From IMG/VR virus record IMGVR_UViG_3300032030_000019: a stretch of 64,000 bases of DNA; one strand, given 5' to 3'. The number at the start of each line of letters is the position of its first letter. Position 1 is the stretch's first letter. The stretch comes from a virus (taxonomy: Duplodnaviria; Heunggongvirae; Uroviricota; Caudoviricetes). Below the pieces are notes generated by a model. The model was not told the DNA's origin. It saw only the letters and a program-made list of their open reading frames with translations, and made no database searches. A program made the position numbers and the translations under genes. Shown piece by piece: positions 9,640 through 19,404 of this stretch.

Positions 9640-9771
9640 CCCGCCCTCAATTACGATAACCCCTCACAGTTCAGCCAAGCCCTGCTCTCAATGTCAACAA
9701 CCGAGCTGCTCGTTCCTGAGTTTGCTACGTTCATGACGTTCTTGACAGCTGACTTGTCTAACCAGGGCTAA
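9640..9771 (+). CDS. Major capsid protein, exon 2 (43 aa: PALNYDNPSQFSQALLSMSTTELLVPEFATFMTFLTADLSNQG)
   Basis: Joins in frame with exon 1 (...YLPPLTSN/PALNYDNPSQF...), giving 539 aa; DNPSQF resembles the gp23 DPxSFQP motif; not in the ORF track. Confidence 0.88.
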   Translation, partial: PALNYDNPSQFSQALLSMSTTELLVPEFATFMTFLTADLSNQG

Positions 9772-9779
9772 CATAACAC

Positions 9780-9811
9780 AACGTACCGTGCTCACGTTAG
9801 TACGGTACGTT
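9780..9811 (+). terminator. Stem-loop after the capsid gene (terminator or mRNA stabiliser)
   Basis: AACGTACCGTGCT / AGTACGGTACGTT, 13-bp stem with one GU pair. Confidence 0.6.
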
Positions 9812-9846
9812 ATTAAGTAAGTAAGTAGAAATAAGAGGTAACGTAT

Positions 9847-10542
9847 ATGTTAAGATTTGATAATGATTATAATCTTCTTTGCTTTGCTAAAACCACACTT
9901 AAACAAGATGGTGCTGATATTGTTAAAGGTGCTAAAGGAGTTGGTAAAAGTGTCGTAAAAGCAGGAAAAGAAATCGGAAAGAACGTTGCGACTGCAGCAA
10001 AGGGTTTCGGACGTGGTTTCTTAAAGGTAGGTAAGCGGGCTGGTGTCGGCTATAACGATTACAAAGACGCAATAGCGAAGCCATACAACGACGCAGAAGC
10101 TAGAAAAGCTAGAAATTCTGACTACAAGAAAAACATGCTTTTAAGAGGTGCTGAAGGCGCTGCTATTGGTGGTATTAGTGGTACAGCTATCGGATATGGT
10201 GTTGGTAAAGCAAAACAGAAGAAAGCTGGACGAACAGCACGTGAGGAAGCTTCAAAAGGACTCAAGAACAAGATCCTGAATGCTCTCGATAAGTCACGAC
10301 TCGATAATATAGAAAATGCTGCTAAACGTAAAGTCAACGTAGGTGCTCATGCTCTTACAGGAGGCGCTATTGGTACTCTTGGTGGTGGAGCTCTTGGACT
10401 TGGTGGTGGTGCAATCGAAACTGGTGCAAAACACGCACGTGCTCTTGCTAAAGCTTACGACGCAGCCCATCCTGGTGTAGATAAAGCAACACGAAAGGCT
10501 GGTATCAAAGAATGGCGAAAAGCAATCAGTGACGCAAAATAA
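9847..10542 (+). CDS. Lys-rich glycine-zipper protein, putative head cargo
   Basis: Leader ending YNLLCF-A; 11-residue KG repeats; GxxxG runs; AREEAS...NIENAAK segment shared with 23819 gene. Confidence 0.7.
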   Translation: MLRFDNDYNLLCFAKTTLKQDGADIVKGAKGVGKSVVKAGKEIGKNVATAAKGFGRGFLKVGKRAGVGYNDYKDAIAKPYNDAEARKARNSDYKKNMLLRGAEGAAIGGISGTAIGYGVGKAKQKKAGRTAREEASKGLKNKILNALDKSRLDNIENAAKRKVNVGAHALTGGAIGTLGGGALGLGGGAIETGAKHARALAKAYDAAHPGVDKATRKAGIKEWRKAISDAK

Positions 10543-10573
10543 ATAAACCCAAACGCGACGTAAGGAGGTGCGT

Positions 10574-11053
10574 ATGTTAGAGACGTTAGTAGACAACTTT
10601 ATTAAATACGCATCTGTTTTCTCGCAGGCACTTAGAAGATACGCGGGTCTTTATGGAAAGGACGTAACTTTTATGAAATTACCGAATAATTCCACTGAAG
10701 ACCCCTATCTTGTTGCCTTAGGTAAGCAGAACGTAAGTTTTGATTATGAAAATCCACTTATTAAAAAAGTACCAGCAAAATTAATAGTAGATTACGCAGA
10801 TTTTTACCGAAGTTATCAGGTAGAAGAAATGCAATCATTTATATACTTTAGCGAAGACGCACCAGACGTAGTTACAGCAGGCGATCTTATAATGTATCAC
10901 AAAACTGACACAGATATACTGATCTATCGCATAACAGAGCCAGCAGAGACGTATGCTAGAATTTTGTACAAAGCAACGCTGAAGTTAGCACAAAATAAGC
11001 ACGTAAAGCCTACGCATGAAGAACGTGCTAGTGACACAGGGGTTATAATATGA
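10574..11053 (+). CDS. Neck/head-completion protein (T4 gp14-like)
   Basis: RRYAGLYGKDVTFMKL resembles the gp14 N-terminal motif; AAGGAGG SD supports ATG 10574. Confidence 0.5.
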   Translation: MLETLVDNFIKYASVFSQALRRYAGLYGKDVTFMKLPNNSTEDPYLVALGKQNVSFDYENPLIKKVPAKLIVDYADFYRSYQVEEMQSFIYFSEDAPDVVTAGDLIMYHKTDTDILIYRITEPAETYARILYKATLKLAQNKHVKPTHEERASDTGVII

Positions 11054-11268
11054 TAGACATTAATACAGGCGTGGGGAATAGAGTTGGGCAATATGACGTG
11101 TCTGATAAGGACCTCGTTAAAGCTATACGTCAGTCTCAGGCCAACCGTGTAATAACCCCAATATTATGTTCACAAAAAGGAAGCCCGAATGGTGACGACG
11201 CACAACGTTACGACTTCCTTAAAACATACGTATTCAGCCCTCCGGGGACAAAAACAGAACATTTATAA
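11050..11268 (+). CDS. Small hypothetical protein
   Basis: ATGA overlap with the previous gene; GGGG SD. Confidence 0.55.
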   Translation: MIDINTGVGNRVGQYDVSDKDLVKAIRQSQANRVITPILCSQKGSPNGDDAQRYDFLKTYVFSPPGTKTEHL

Positions 11269-11286
11269 ACGTAGAGGGAATATACG

Positions 11287-12312
11287 ATGTTAGATGACGC
11301 AATTAACTTAACGATGCGAGGTTTTGGAAATACAATCACAGACGTTTTGACTGTATCACCAAAAGTATCCTTGCATCTAAAGAACTATATAGCAACTACA
11401 ATGAAAGATGACAAGAAGGAAAATGCGTTGCGATTGTTAGAGGAACTTGAAAAGCAAGCCAGACTCAATGCACATTCGAACAAACATTTCTCTCTTGATA
11501 ACACAAATGGAGATGAAGACGAAATAGACTTCTCAGCTCCATGGGCAATAGACAAAACATGGTTGGTGGCACGAAACTTTAAAATACACCCTATCATGGT
11601 TATTGCACTACTTGTTGCTTTCATTTTTTCATTATTACAAATACCGAACTTAGGCTTACGTATAGGTAATTTATTACGTAATAAGTTTCATTTATCACGT
11701 AAAGCCCAAGTAGCTGTTACAGAAGTATTCAATTTTTTGAGTAAAGTAGCCAAAGACGTAACCCAAGCATTCTCGAATGTAATTAAGTATATGGCTCCCG
11801 TAACTCCAATGTTATCTGTAACGCCCTTCCATGACACCATTATTAACCTATCACAGGATTACAATACCAAAAGTGCATTCAGAAACGCATGTGCAAAGCT
11901 CGATCCATGGGACAAGAAAATTATTGATTCCATGACAACAGGTCTCCCACGTAGTGCTAGTTTTTCACAAAAGGATACCGTGAACTTTGCGCGTATGCCT
12001 TCAGAAGTGAACTATGTGAACTTCGCGCGTATGCCATTTAATCCACAGTTACGTAGTCAACAACAAATGGAACAGGGAGATACTAGCGACATAGATGAAA
12101 TCCTAACGGCTATACGTGTAATTACGCAAATGCTAGCATATCCAGGAATTGGACAGATCGTAATGATTTTTGCGAGTCAGTTTATACCGATCACGCAATT
12201 AACTGTACTGCTTGGTGGAGCACTAGTAGGAGCGGGAGGAGCGTTGGTCACTAAAAGTATTGATTCTGTTCAAAGACTAAGGGACCAAATGGTTGCCTAT
12301 AATTCATTATAA
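11287..12312 (+). CDS. Putative membrane-associated cargo protein (two hydrophobic helical regions)
   Basis: IMVIALLVAFIFSLLQI; C-terminal VLLGGALVGAGGALV; IDFS, SASFS and VNFA twice. Confidence 0.65.
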   Translation: MLDDAINLTMRGFGNTITDVLTVSPKVSLHLKNYIATTMKDDKKENALRLLEELEKQARLNAHSNKHFSLDNTNGDEDEIDFSAPWAIDKTWLVARNFKIHPIMVIALLVAFIFSLLQIPNLGLRIGNLLRNKFHLSRKAQVAVTEVFNFLSKVAKDVTQAFSNVIKYMAPVTPMLSVTPFHDTIINLSQDYNTKSAFRNACAKLDPWDKKIIDSMTTGLPRSASFSQKDTVNFARMPSEVNYVNFARMPFNPQLRSQQQMEQGDTSDIDEILTAIRVITQMLAYPGIGQIVMIFASQFIPITQLTVLLGGALVGAGGALVTKSIDSVQRLRDQMVAYNSL

Positions 12313-12325
12313 GAGGTGATATACC

Positions 12326-12901
12326 ATGTGGAGTCCTGATAGATATCAAAATTTATTACAAAAACAGCAACAAAATTATCTACAAAAGCACACAACAAAC
12401 ATCCGCGACGCAGTATACCAACAGCGACTAAATCCGGATGACTATAATTACACAGGTGGGTCAATTTCAGGAGCCGTTAGTACCGCCGGGCAACTTATAG
12501 GTGAAAACGTAAACCCATTAGCGGGTCAAGCTGTATCGATGCTAGCGGGAAGGCCTGATATCGTAGCTTCAGCAGCTAATACGTTAGGTAATTTAGTTGG
12601 TGGAGATAAAAATCCTGTAGGACGCTTTCTAACAGGTCTCGCTGCAAATTACGAGGCGGATGAACAACAAAAGGGCGATCGTGCTGTAAATGACTACGTA
12701 CGTAAAATCGTAGGTTCATACATCACCGATAACCCAAACGCAAATCCAAACAAAATAAAGTGGCGTGTAATCAGAAATATAAAGAAAGGACGTAACCCAT
12801 ATTACAAATTATACGGGCGTAAACGTCAGGAATACGTTAATATGTCATATGTACCGGCCACACGTAAGGTATACGTATTTGTCCCTTTTAGCAAGACGTA
12901 A
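12326..12901 (+). CDS. Hypothetical G/A-rich protein
   Basis: GAGGTG SD; ends in leader-like KVYVFVPFS. Confidence 0.65.
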   Translation: MWSPDRYQNLLQKQQQNYLQKHTTNIRDAVYQQRLNPDDYNYTGGSISGAVSTAGQLIGENVNPLAGQAVSMLAGRPDIVASAANTLGNLVGGDKNPVGRFLTGLAANYEADEQQKGDRAVNDYVRKIVGSYITDNPNANPNKIKWRVIRNIKKGRNPYYKLYGRKRQEYVNMSYVPATRKVYVFVPFSKT

Positions 12902-12903
12902 AC

Positions 12904-13791
12904 ATGAAAGTATATACATTTTCATACGACATACAGGTTCCCGAAGGAGCTGTAAAAGGAGCATTGGTCGGGGCAGGTGTAGGGACGGTCGCTTCGATCA
13001 TTAAACAAATTAAGAATAAAAAGCTTAATGTAAAGGATGCTCTAAAGAAAGCTGGGGTCGGTGCGTTAGCAGGTGCAGGTGTAGGAGCAGCTTCAAGTGC
13101 GATAGGGGAACATGCTAGACATGAGAAGATGAGAAAGCTCGGGTACAGGGTTGATCACTCAGGCAACGCATACTTCGTAGATAAGAAAGGTAATCCTCAT
13201 AAAGTAGCTATACAGAAAGATGGTGGGGAACTAGCATATGGTGGATATCTGCCAACAGTTCATCCTAATTCTGTGCTCAAAGACAAAAAGGGGAGGCCTC
13301 GTCTAGTTACAGAGCGCCACATGCGTAAGCTTATACATAAACTTCAGGGGATTGATTTGCCTAGAGATGTAGATAAAAATGGAGCAATAGTCATTAACCC
13401 CAAGAAGTATAACTATGATAAAGAAAAAATGGAAGCTGTTATAGGCCACGAACTTGGTCACAAACTCAAAGACAGATCTTCCATAAAACTACGCAAGGGT
13501 AAAATATCTCAAGATGAGTTTCTACGCTTACCACCTAAAGCAAAACAAAAGAGTGAGACAACCGCAGATAAATACGCGGTAAAGCGTGGTGCTAATCCAT
13601 CGCATCTTAATAAAGAAGTTCTCAGGATCACAAAAGAATCACTTGAAAAAGCACATCCAAAATGGGCTAAAGAAACCCCGGAGAACGAGAAGAACAGAGT
13701 AGTACACGAACTCAATAAGCAATATCGTGGTACTTGGCTCGAAGATCAAGCAAGAAAATGGGAAAGTAAGCATCCCGAAGAAACAACCTGA
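12904..13791 (+). CDS. Glycine-zipper plus HExxH zinc metallopeptidase-like protein
   Basis: Leader MKVYTF-S; GALVGAGVG; AVIGHELGHK ... SETTADKYA. Confidence 0.7.
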   Translation: MKVYTFSYDIQVPEGAVKGALVGAGVGTVASIIKQIKNKKLNVKDALKKAGVGALAGAGVGAASSAIGEHARHEKMRKLGYRVDHSGNAYFVDKKGNPHKVAIQKDGGELAYGGYLPTVHPNSVLKDKKGRPRLVTERHMRKLIHKLQGIDLPRDVDKNGAIVINPKKYNYDKEKMEAVIGHELGHKLKDRSSIKLRKGKISQDEFLRLPPKAKQKSETTADKYAVKRGANPSHLNKEVLRITKESLEKAHPKWAKETPENEKNRVVHELNKQYRGTWLEDQARKWESKHPEETT

Positions 13792-13831
13792 TATACGTAT
13801 ATCGAGATTAAGGTCAGAGGCAAAAAAAGAA

Positions 13832-14167
13832 ATGAATTATTCTGAATATATATTATTTAGTGGTTATCAAGCTACTATGGAGAAGGCTCAGCAAACTGGC
13901 AATACTGCCCTAGCAGCGATGACCTCCGCTAGACATCGTGCCAGGGTAGGAGCTGGAAATGTAGATCATTATATAAATGATGCATATCGTTATCGAGACA
14001 AGAATCGAGACGCTTATAACAAAGGACTAACTCTTCAAAAAGGACTCATCGAGCAAAAACTAAACAAAGATAACTCAGAGCCTAATTTACAACAGCGTCT
14101 AGAGTCCTTCAAAGAAAAGAAACGTAAGGAAGCTCTTGCTCGCAAACCTAGAATAATGATTGGCTAA
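13832..14167 (+). CDS. Putative internal head protein
   Basis: Start moved from 13727 to ATG 13832 (AGAGG SD); leader MNYSEYILF-S. Confidence 0.65.
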   Translation: MNYSEYILFSGYQATMEKAQQTGNTALAAMTSARHRARVGAGNVDHYINDAYRYRDKNRDAYNKGLTLQKGLIEQKLNKDNSEPNLQQRLESFKEKKRKEALARKPRIMIG

Positions 14168-14203
14168 TTTAAACAACAACACACACAGACGTAGGAGTAA
14201 CGT

Positions 14204-15799
14204 ATGGGAATACAACAATCAATAAGTTCAATGATAGACAAAGTTGCGGCGAACATGGCCACAATAAGCAACTCGTACATATACACAGGTGCGAGCATAT
14301 CATTGGCAGGATCAGGTCCAAATGCAAATTCGCGTTTAAACCTGAATGATGAGGTCTATTACAGATTCCTACGTCCGTTTCACGTTGTTGGGGCGTGCGT
14401 GGATATATTCGCCTCAACGTTAGCGGAAACAATAGAGAAAGCATCGTTTGACGTAGTGATACGTGATAACCAAAATTCATACGAAACGAACTTATGTAAC
14501 AGATTCATAAAAGACGCGGGTGTACGTGAGTATATTCAAACGCATATACGTGAGTTCGTTTATCGTGGGCAACATAGTGTAGGTCTTGATCCGCACAATA
14601 ATAGGTTGTTTGAGGTTATACACAACACAGATGCCGATATAATAACCGAATTTGGGGATATTATAGGTTACCGTCTTGACTTGAAGTATATACCATTACC
14701 ATATATGGTTACGTATTACTATAAGGCGAGTCCTATACACCCACTAGACGATAAGGATAACAATATACAGGAAGTTACACCACGCGTAGCTATTCCTGGT
14801 TATGTATCTCCACCATCAGCAATGGCGAAGAGCGCCACAAACAAGAAAGCCGAGAAAAACTCTCTTAATGACATAATGGTACAGTTGGCAAAATTCAAAG
14901 GTGAATCTATTTTCCTTAATCAGCTACAACGTTTATTCCATTTGTATGTACTTGAGTATGAGCTTTTCTATCTAGGTTTACGTGATTCTCTTCGACCTGA
15001 ACTATTAGGCTTAGCAACAGGTGGTAAACAGGTAAACATACCACAGGCTCTTAATATGGCTCATAACGTTGAGTCATTATTAAACCAAAGTACAAACGGA
15101 TTAGCAAACATTGTTGATCCTATTGCGTTCATCAACAACTTAACGTTTCAGATCTTGAATTATGTTAAAGTTGTGCCTTCTGTTGAACAATATCAGCCTA
15201 TCAATGATATAAATTCGGGTGAGCTCTCAGCAAAACGTCAACAATTGCAAACAGAATACGATAAGATGTTACAGGAGATCTTGAATGATCTCACTATACC
15301 ATCAGACCTGTATAATGGAACAGCAAATAGATGGTCAGTAATGGCTAACAATGACCGTTTCATGACTACTTGTGATGTGATGCTTAGATCAGTTACTCGA
15401 TTTGTTAAAGATATTTGTAGAGCAATATTACTCGCTAATGGAATACAAGTCAAACAAACAGATATTCAGTTTGGTCTTGATTATGCATCAATGTTATCTG
15501 CATATGATGTTAAGAGTAAACTGAATAGTTTGGACGAGAAAATCGGTAGCTTACAACATATTGCACAATGTATTGGTGATATAACTCAAACGGGTATCAT
15601 TGATCAAAGGGCATTTATGCAATACCTAAAAGCCCAAATAGCGGGTATTGATGTCAGTCTTGCCAGCCTTATTCTCGATAATCCACAACCACCACCTGAT
15701 GCAAATGGTGGAGGCGGAGGAAGTGGAGGGCCACCACCTGATGATGGGGGACCACCACCTGATGACGGAGGGGGTGGCGAGATGCAATATACAGGATAA
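14204..15799 (+). CDS. Portal protein
   Basis: About 530 aa directly before the protease and scaffold; LGLRDSLRPELL and ILNDLTIPSDL...DRF parallel T4 gp20-type motifs; P/G-rich tail. Confidence 0.7.
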   Translation: MGIQQSISSMIDKVAANMATISNSYIYTGASISLAGSGPNANSRLNLNDEVYYRFLRPFHVVGACVDIFASTLAETIEKASFDVVIRDNQNSYETNLCNRFIKDAGVREYIQTHIREFVYRGQHSVGLDPHNNRLFEVIHNTDADIITEFGDIIGYRLDLKYIPLPYMVTYYYKASPIHPLDDKDNNIQEVTPRVAIPGYVSPPSAMAKSATNKKAEKNSLNDIMVQLAKFKGESIFLNQLQRLFHLYVLEYELFYLGLRDSLRPELLGLATGGKQVNIPQALNMAHNVESLLNQSTNGLANIVDPIAFINNLTFQILNYVKVVPSVEQYQPINDINSGELSAKRQQLQTEYDKMLQEILNDLTIPSDLYNGTANRWSVMANNDRFMTTCDVMLRSVTRFVKDICRAILLANGIQVKQTDIQFGLDYASMLSAYDVKSKLNSLDEKIGSLQHIAQCIGDITQTGIIDQRAFMQYLKAQIAGIDVSLASLILDNPQPPPDANGGGGGSGGPPPDDGGPPPDDGGGGEMQYTG

Positions 15800-15813
15800 G
15801 AGGACAATAACAC

Positions 15814-17163
15814 ATGAGAAACAATAACAACTATGACATTACCGTCAAAGTATGTGATTTTTCGACACCAAGTAAGAGTGCTCATAAAATCATTGACGGC
15901 GCCTTTTTTCAAAACAATGTCCTCGATAGTGCAAAATGGCAAGACAAACTAAAAAGAGGACAAGTACTCGGGTTGTTTACGCACAAAGGTAGGCAACCAC
16001 GAGAACAGATACGAGAAATACCATATGAGGACAATATTGCTCTATCCCCATACCTATGCAATGTAGCAAAGGAAGTATGGAGAGATGGCGATTCCTTATT
16101 CGCAGGACTCGATCTATTTGACAACAGGGAGTATGGAGCTCTCCTGAAAGATATGCTCAAACGAGGCATGAATGTACCTGTGTCCATGGCCGTAAGAGCA
16201 GCGGCAGACATGAATCGATTCTATGTCAAGGATCTTTTAGGCGTAGATTTCACTTTCAAGCCCGATCTAGAGGCCGAAATCGTACGCATAAACTTTAGTG
16301 AGACTGACGACAACTCAAGTAATGATGACGTGTTCTGCTATTTTTCATATTTCCCAGAAGATGATGATGTATATCTTGGAAGTAGATTAAATGTATCAGA
16401 ACCTAAGATCTACGACATGAGTAGACCAACGGATTTTTCTGATAATACTTATGAGATATTCTTACCTCCGGAAAAATACCCACAGCTTGAAGAGTTGAAT
16501 ATTAAATTCAGCAGAGATGAAACTCTTGTAAACGGCATGATGCCTATACGTATCCGTGATGTCGATTCTCTGAATTCAACTCAACGCAACTTCATAACAG
16601 AATTTGATTCTACATTCTTTACTGTCAACAACAATAAAGATAACGGGCCTACGATAGGGCTTACAGAAGATGACGAAGAAGTAGAAACGTTTAGTGACGA
16701 GAAGCTTGAAGAGATATTTTGGAATACATCTGAGATTGATTTTTCACTCCAATTATATCTACAGGAATTAAAGCTGGCTCCGCATCAAGTATTAAAGAAA
16801 CGTATTCTGGAAGTAATCAGATGGGTATCAGCAAACAGTCAAGATAAAGTAGTAAAAGCGAGTCCAACCATAAAATCGTATATTGATACGTATGTATTAA
16901 AGTGGGTACACGACACACTTAACAATCCGACTGAACATTTCAATTTAATGTTGGGTTTACGTTTGATGAATTACAACATCAATCGTACAGACCTGATTGA
17001 TTTACAACGGAATCTAAACCGATGTAAACAAACGTTACTACAGTCAGGATCCATGCAACCTGCTTTACAGACAACCCTTAACCATTCATACAGAAAAGTC
17101 ATTGACGGACTGTATGATTATATCAATGAACAGTGTGCTCGATCTGGGCATCATCTTGTGTAA
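15814..17163 (+). CDS. Prohead maturation protease with long C-terminal extension
   Basis: VLGLFTH (His), VPVSMA (Ser), GVDFTFKPD: gp21/assemblin-type order; extension contains INFS, CYFS, TDFS, IKFS, ETFS, IDFS. Confidence 0.78.
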   Translation: MRNNNNYDITVKVCDFSTPSKSAHKIIDGAFFQNNVLDSAKWQDKLKRGQVLGLFTHKGRQPREQIREIPYEDNIALSPYLCNVAKEVWRDGDSLFAGLDLFDNREYGALLKDMLKRGMNVPVSMAVRAAADMNRFYVKDLLGVDFTFKPDLEAEIVRINFSETDDNSSNDDVFCYFSYFPEDDDVYLGSRLNVSEPKIYDMSRPTDFSDNTYEIFLPPEKYPQLEELNIKFSRDETLVNGMMPIRIRDVDSLNSTQRNFITEFDSTFFTVNNNKDNGPTIGLTEDDEEVETFSDEKLEEIFWNTSEIDFSLQLYLQELKLAPHQVLKKRILEVIRWVSANSQDKVVKASPTIKSYIDTYVLKWVHDTLNNPTEHFNLMLGLRLMNYNINRTDLIDLQRNLNRCKQTLLQSGSMQPALQTTLNHSYRKVIDGLYDYINEQCARSGHHLV

Positions 17164-17175
17164 GAGGTATGCAAT

Positions 17176-18942
17176 ATGACAGCACCGGAAAATATAGAAA
17201 AAGTAGTTCAGCAATATCTTGTGCATGAAAAGAGCGATAAAAAGTTTATTGATGAACTCAAAAAACTCAAAACCTCCCCAATGGAAATCGAGAACCTAGA
17301 GCCGTTTGGTGACCAAATGTTGGGTCAAAAGATCGGCAAGGTTCAAGAAGATATAGATAACAAAAGGCCATATGAGAGGGACCTTACAGACCTAAAAATG
17401 TATATTAATGCTATTTCAAGCGGTAAAAATTTTAGCGAATCAGACAATAGCAAGAAAAATGAAACAGAGGTACGAAACATGAGTACAGACAAAGAACTGA
17501 ATATGGTTTCTGAAGAGAACGTAAACAAGATCAACGAGAAAGTTATGAACATGGAAGGCACCCTCGATAAAGTTGAGGATAAGCTTGACAACCTTGTAGA
17601 GCAACAGAAGAGTATTTTAAAGAACATTGATCCGGAGTCACAGAAGACTACGGATGAGAAAATCAAGGATACACAAGACGGTGTTAAAACACTAGCCGCT
17701 GCATTCTCTGATTTATGTGACTACATAAATTCCGGTTACTACAACTTCGATGGCATGCCTGCTCCTGGTGGTGCTCCGATGCCACCTGCACCCCCTGCTG
17801 GTGCTGCTCCGACTGGTGACCCGTCAGCAATGGCTGCACAAATTGCACAGCAAATGGGATTAATGCCAGGTGCTCCGGGATACAATGAATTCATCACTGG
17901 CTATATGGCTGCTCTAGGTATGCCACCTGCACCTCCCGCTGGTGCTGCTCCGGCTCCGGGCGCTGCTCCGGCTCCGATGAACATGTCAGAGACACCGACT
18001 ATCTCATACTCAGAGTTACATAACGCATTCTTGTCAAGCAATGGTGATATTTATACTTATTCTGCTGATCAGGATGGGTATTTCAATCAGGATGGTGAGC
18101 AGCTTTTATATTCTGAGGAATCAGATGTATTCTATTCAGAAGAGCCAACTCCGGAACCTGAGTATGTAGGCACACTTTTCTCTATAGACGGTACACAAAC
18201 AGATCTGTATGAGCTGGATGATGCACTTTTCTCAGAGAATGGCGATACAGTAATTTACAACGAAGCCGCAAATGCATTCTTCTCAGAGAATGGTGACACC
18301 CTATTCGACTATGAAGCATTCTCGGATATGGGTGGGTTCTTAGAGTTACTTGAAACAGATCCTGCTGGTAACGCCATTTTCTTCTCAACAGAGACAGGTG
18401 ACTACTACTACTATTCTGCAGAGGATAATGTATTGTTCAACGAGGATGAAGTAGCTGAAGCTCAGGCTGAAGGCAGCGACGAAGGCAGCAATGACGGTAG
18501 TGATGAAAGCGAAGGCGGTGATAACGACGACGAGACAGACGTAATCCATGTAGACGGTAGCGATGGTAACAAGATCATCATTATCGACAATGATAATTCA
18601 ATGGATACAAAAGTTGAAGGCGACACTGTAACTATTACTGATGGTGATGGTTTCGATGAATTGGAAGTAGATGAGTGCGATAGCGAGAACGGTGATGCTG
18701 TTTGCCACTCTGTTGTAACAGGTGACGAATATTTCTATTCAGCTCAAGATCACGCTTTCTTTACAACAGACGGCTTCTATGAGACATTCTCACAGTCAAA
18801 CCGTACTACCGAAGATAATCGAAGCGATGCAGCTGTAACAACATTCTCATTCATTGATGACATGGCTACAGTAGATCAGTCTAATTCACAGGCACGATAT
18901 AATGCTCTTAAGAGCTATCTTGATGCCCCCATCCACAGCTAA
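17176..18942 (+). CDS. Prohead scaffold/core protein
   Basis: Follows the protease; coiled coil, P/A hinge, very acidic C-half with many F/Y-S motifs. Confidence 0.72.
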   Translation: MTAPENIEKVVQQYLVHEKSDKKFIDELKKLKTSPMEIENLEPFGDQMLGQKIGKVQEDIDNKRPYERDLTDLKMYINAISSGKNFSESDNSKKNETEVRNMSTDKELNMVSEENVNKINEKVMNMEGTLDKVEDKLDNLVEQQKSILKNIDPESQKTTDEKIKDTQDGVKTLAAAFSDLCDYINSGYYNFDGMPAPGGAPMPPAPPAGAAPTGDPSAMAAQIAQQMGLMPGAPGYNEFITGYMAALGMPPAPPAGAAPAPGAAPAPMNMSETPTISYSELHNAFLSSNGDIYTYSADQDGYFNQDGEQLLYSEESDVFYSEEPTPEPEYVGTLFSIDGTQTDLYELDDALFSENGDTVIYNEAANAFFSENGDTLFDYEAFSDMGGFLELLETDPAGNAIFFSTETGDYYYYSAEDNVLFNEDEVAEAQAEGSDEGSNDGSDESEGGDNDDETDVIHVDGSDGNKIIIIDNDNSMDTKVEGDTVTITDGDGFDELEVDECDSENGDAVCHSVVTGDEYFYSAQDHAFFTTDGFYETFSQSNRTTEDNRSDAAVTTFSFIDDMATVDQSNSQARYNALKSYLDAPIHS

Positions 18943-18961
18943 TTGAAACAGTATACATATA

Positions 18962-18981
18962 CCCCACTTTAAATAGTGGGG
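18962..18981. terminator. Hairpin after the scaffold gene
   Basis: CCCCACT-ttaaat-AGTGGGG; no clear U-tract. Confidence 0.45.
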
Positions 18982-19005
18982 CTAATTAACTAACGGAGGT
19001 ATCAT

Positions 19006-19368
19006 ATGAATTATATTGAATATACATTCTCTCTTTTCAAAAAGAAAGAAGAGCCTAAACCGAAGTCAGCAATGGAAAGTCTCGCGGAAGCAGCAGGTGA
19101 GTTCGCAAGACAGAAGGGTATGGCAGAGCGACAGGTCTTAGCAACAGGCAAGAAAGGTCTTTTGAAAGAGTACTACAAAAACAACTCTCTAGCAGGTAAG
19201 GCAGAAAATGCTGCTCATGCAATCAAGAGTATTCGAAAGAGTATGAGTGCAACTCCATGGGAGTGGCTAACACAGGGATTAATGACCGAAAGAGGACGTA
19301 AGAACCTCAAAGCCTCAGAGAAGCTCGCTCACGCAATCGTGAAAGAAGCTAAAAAGCGAGACCAATAA
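19006..19368 (+). CDS. Basic putative internal head protein
   Basis: Leader MNYIEYTF-S; GGAGGT SD. Confidence 0.7.
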   Translation: MNYIEYTFSLFKKKEEPKPKSAMESLAEAAGEFARQKGMAERQVLATGKKGLLKEYYKNNSLAGKAENAAHAIKSIRKSMSATPWEWLTQGLMTERGRKNLKASEKLAHAIVKEAKKRDQ

Positions 19369-19404
19369 TTAAACACAACGCAAGCACAACGTGAGAGGTG
19401 ACGT

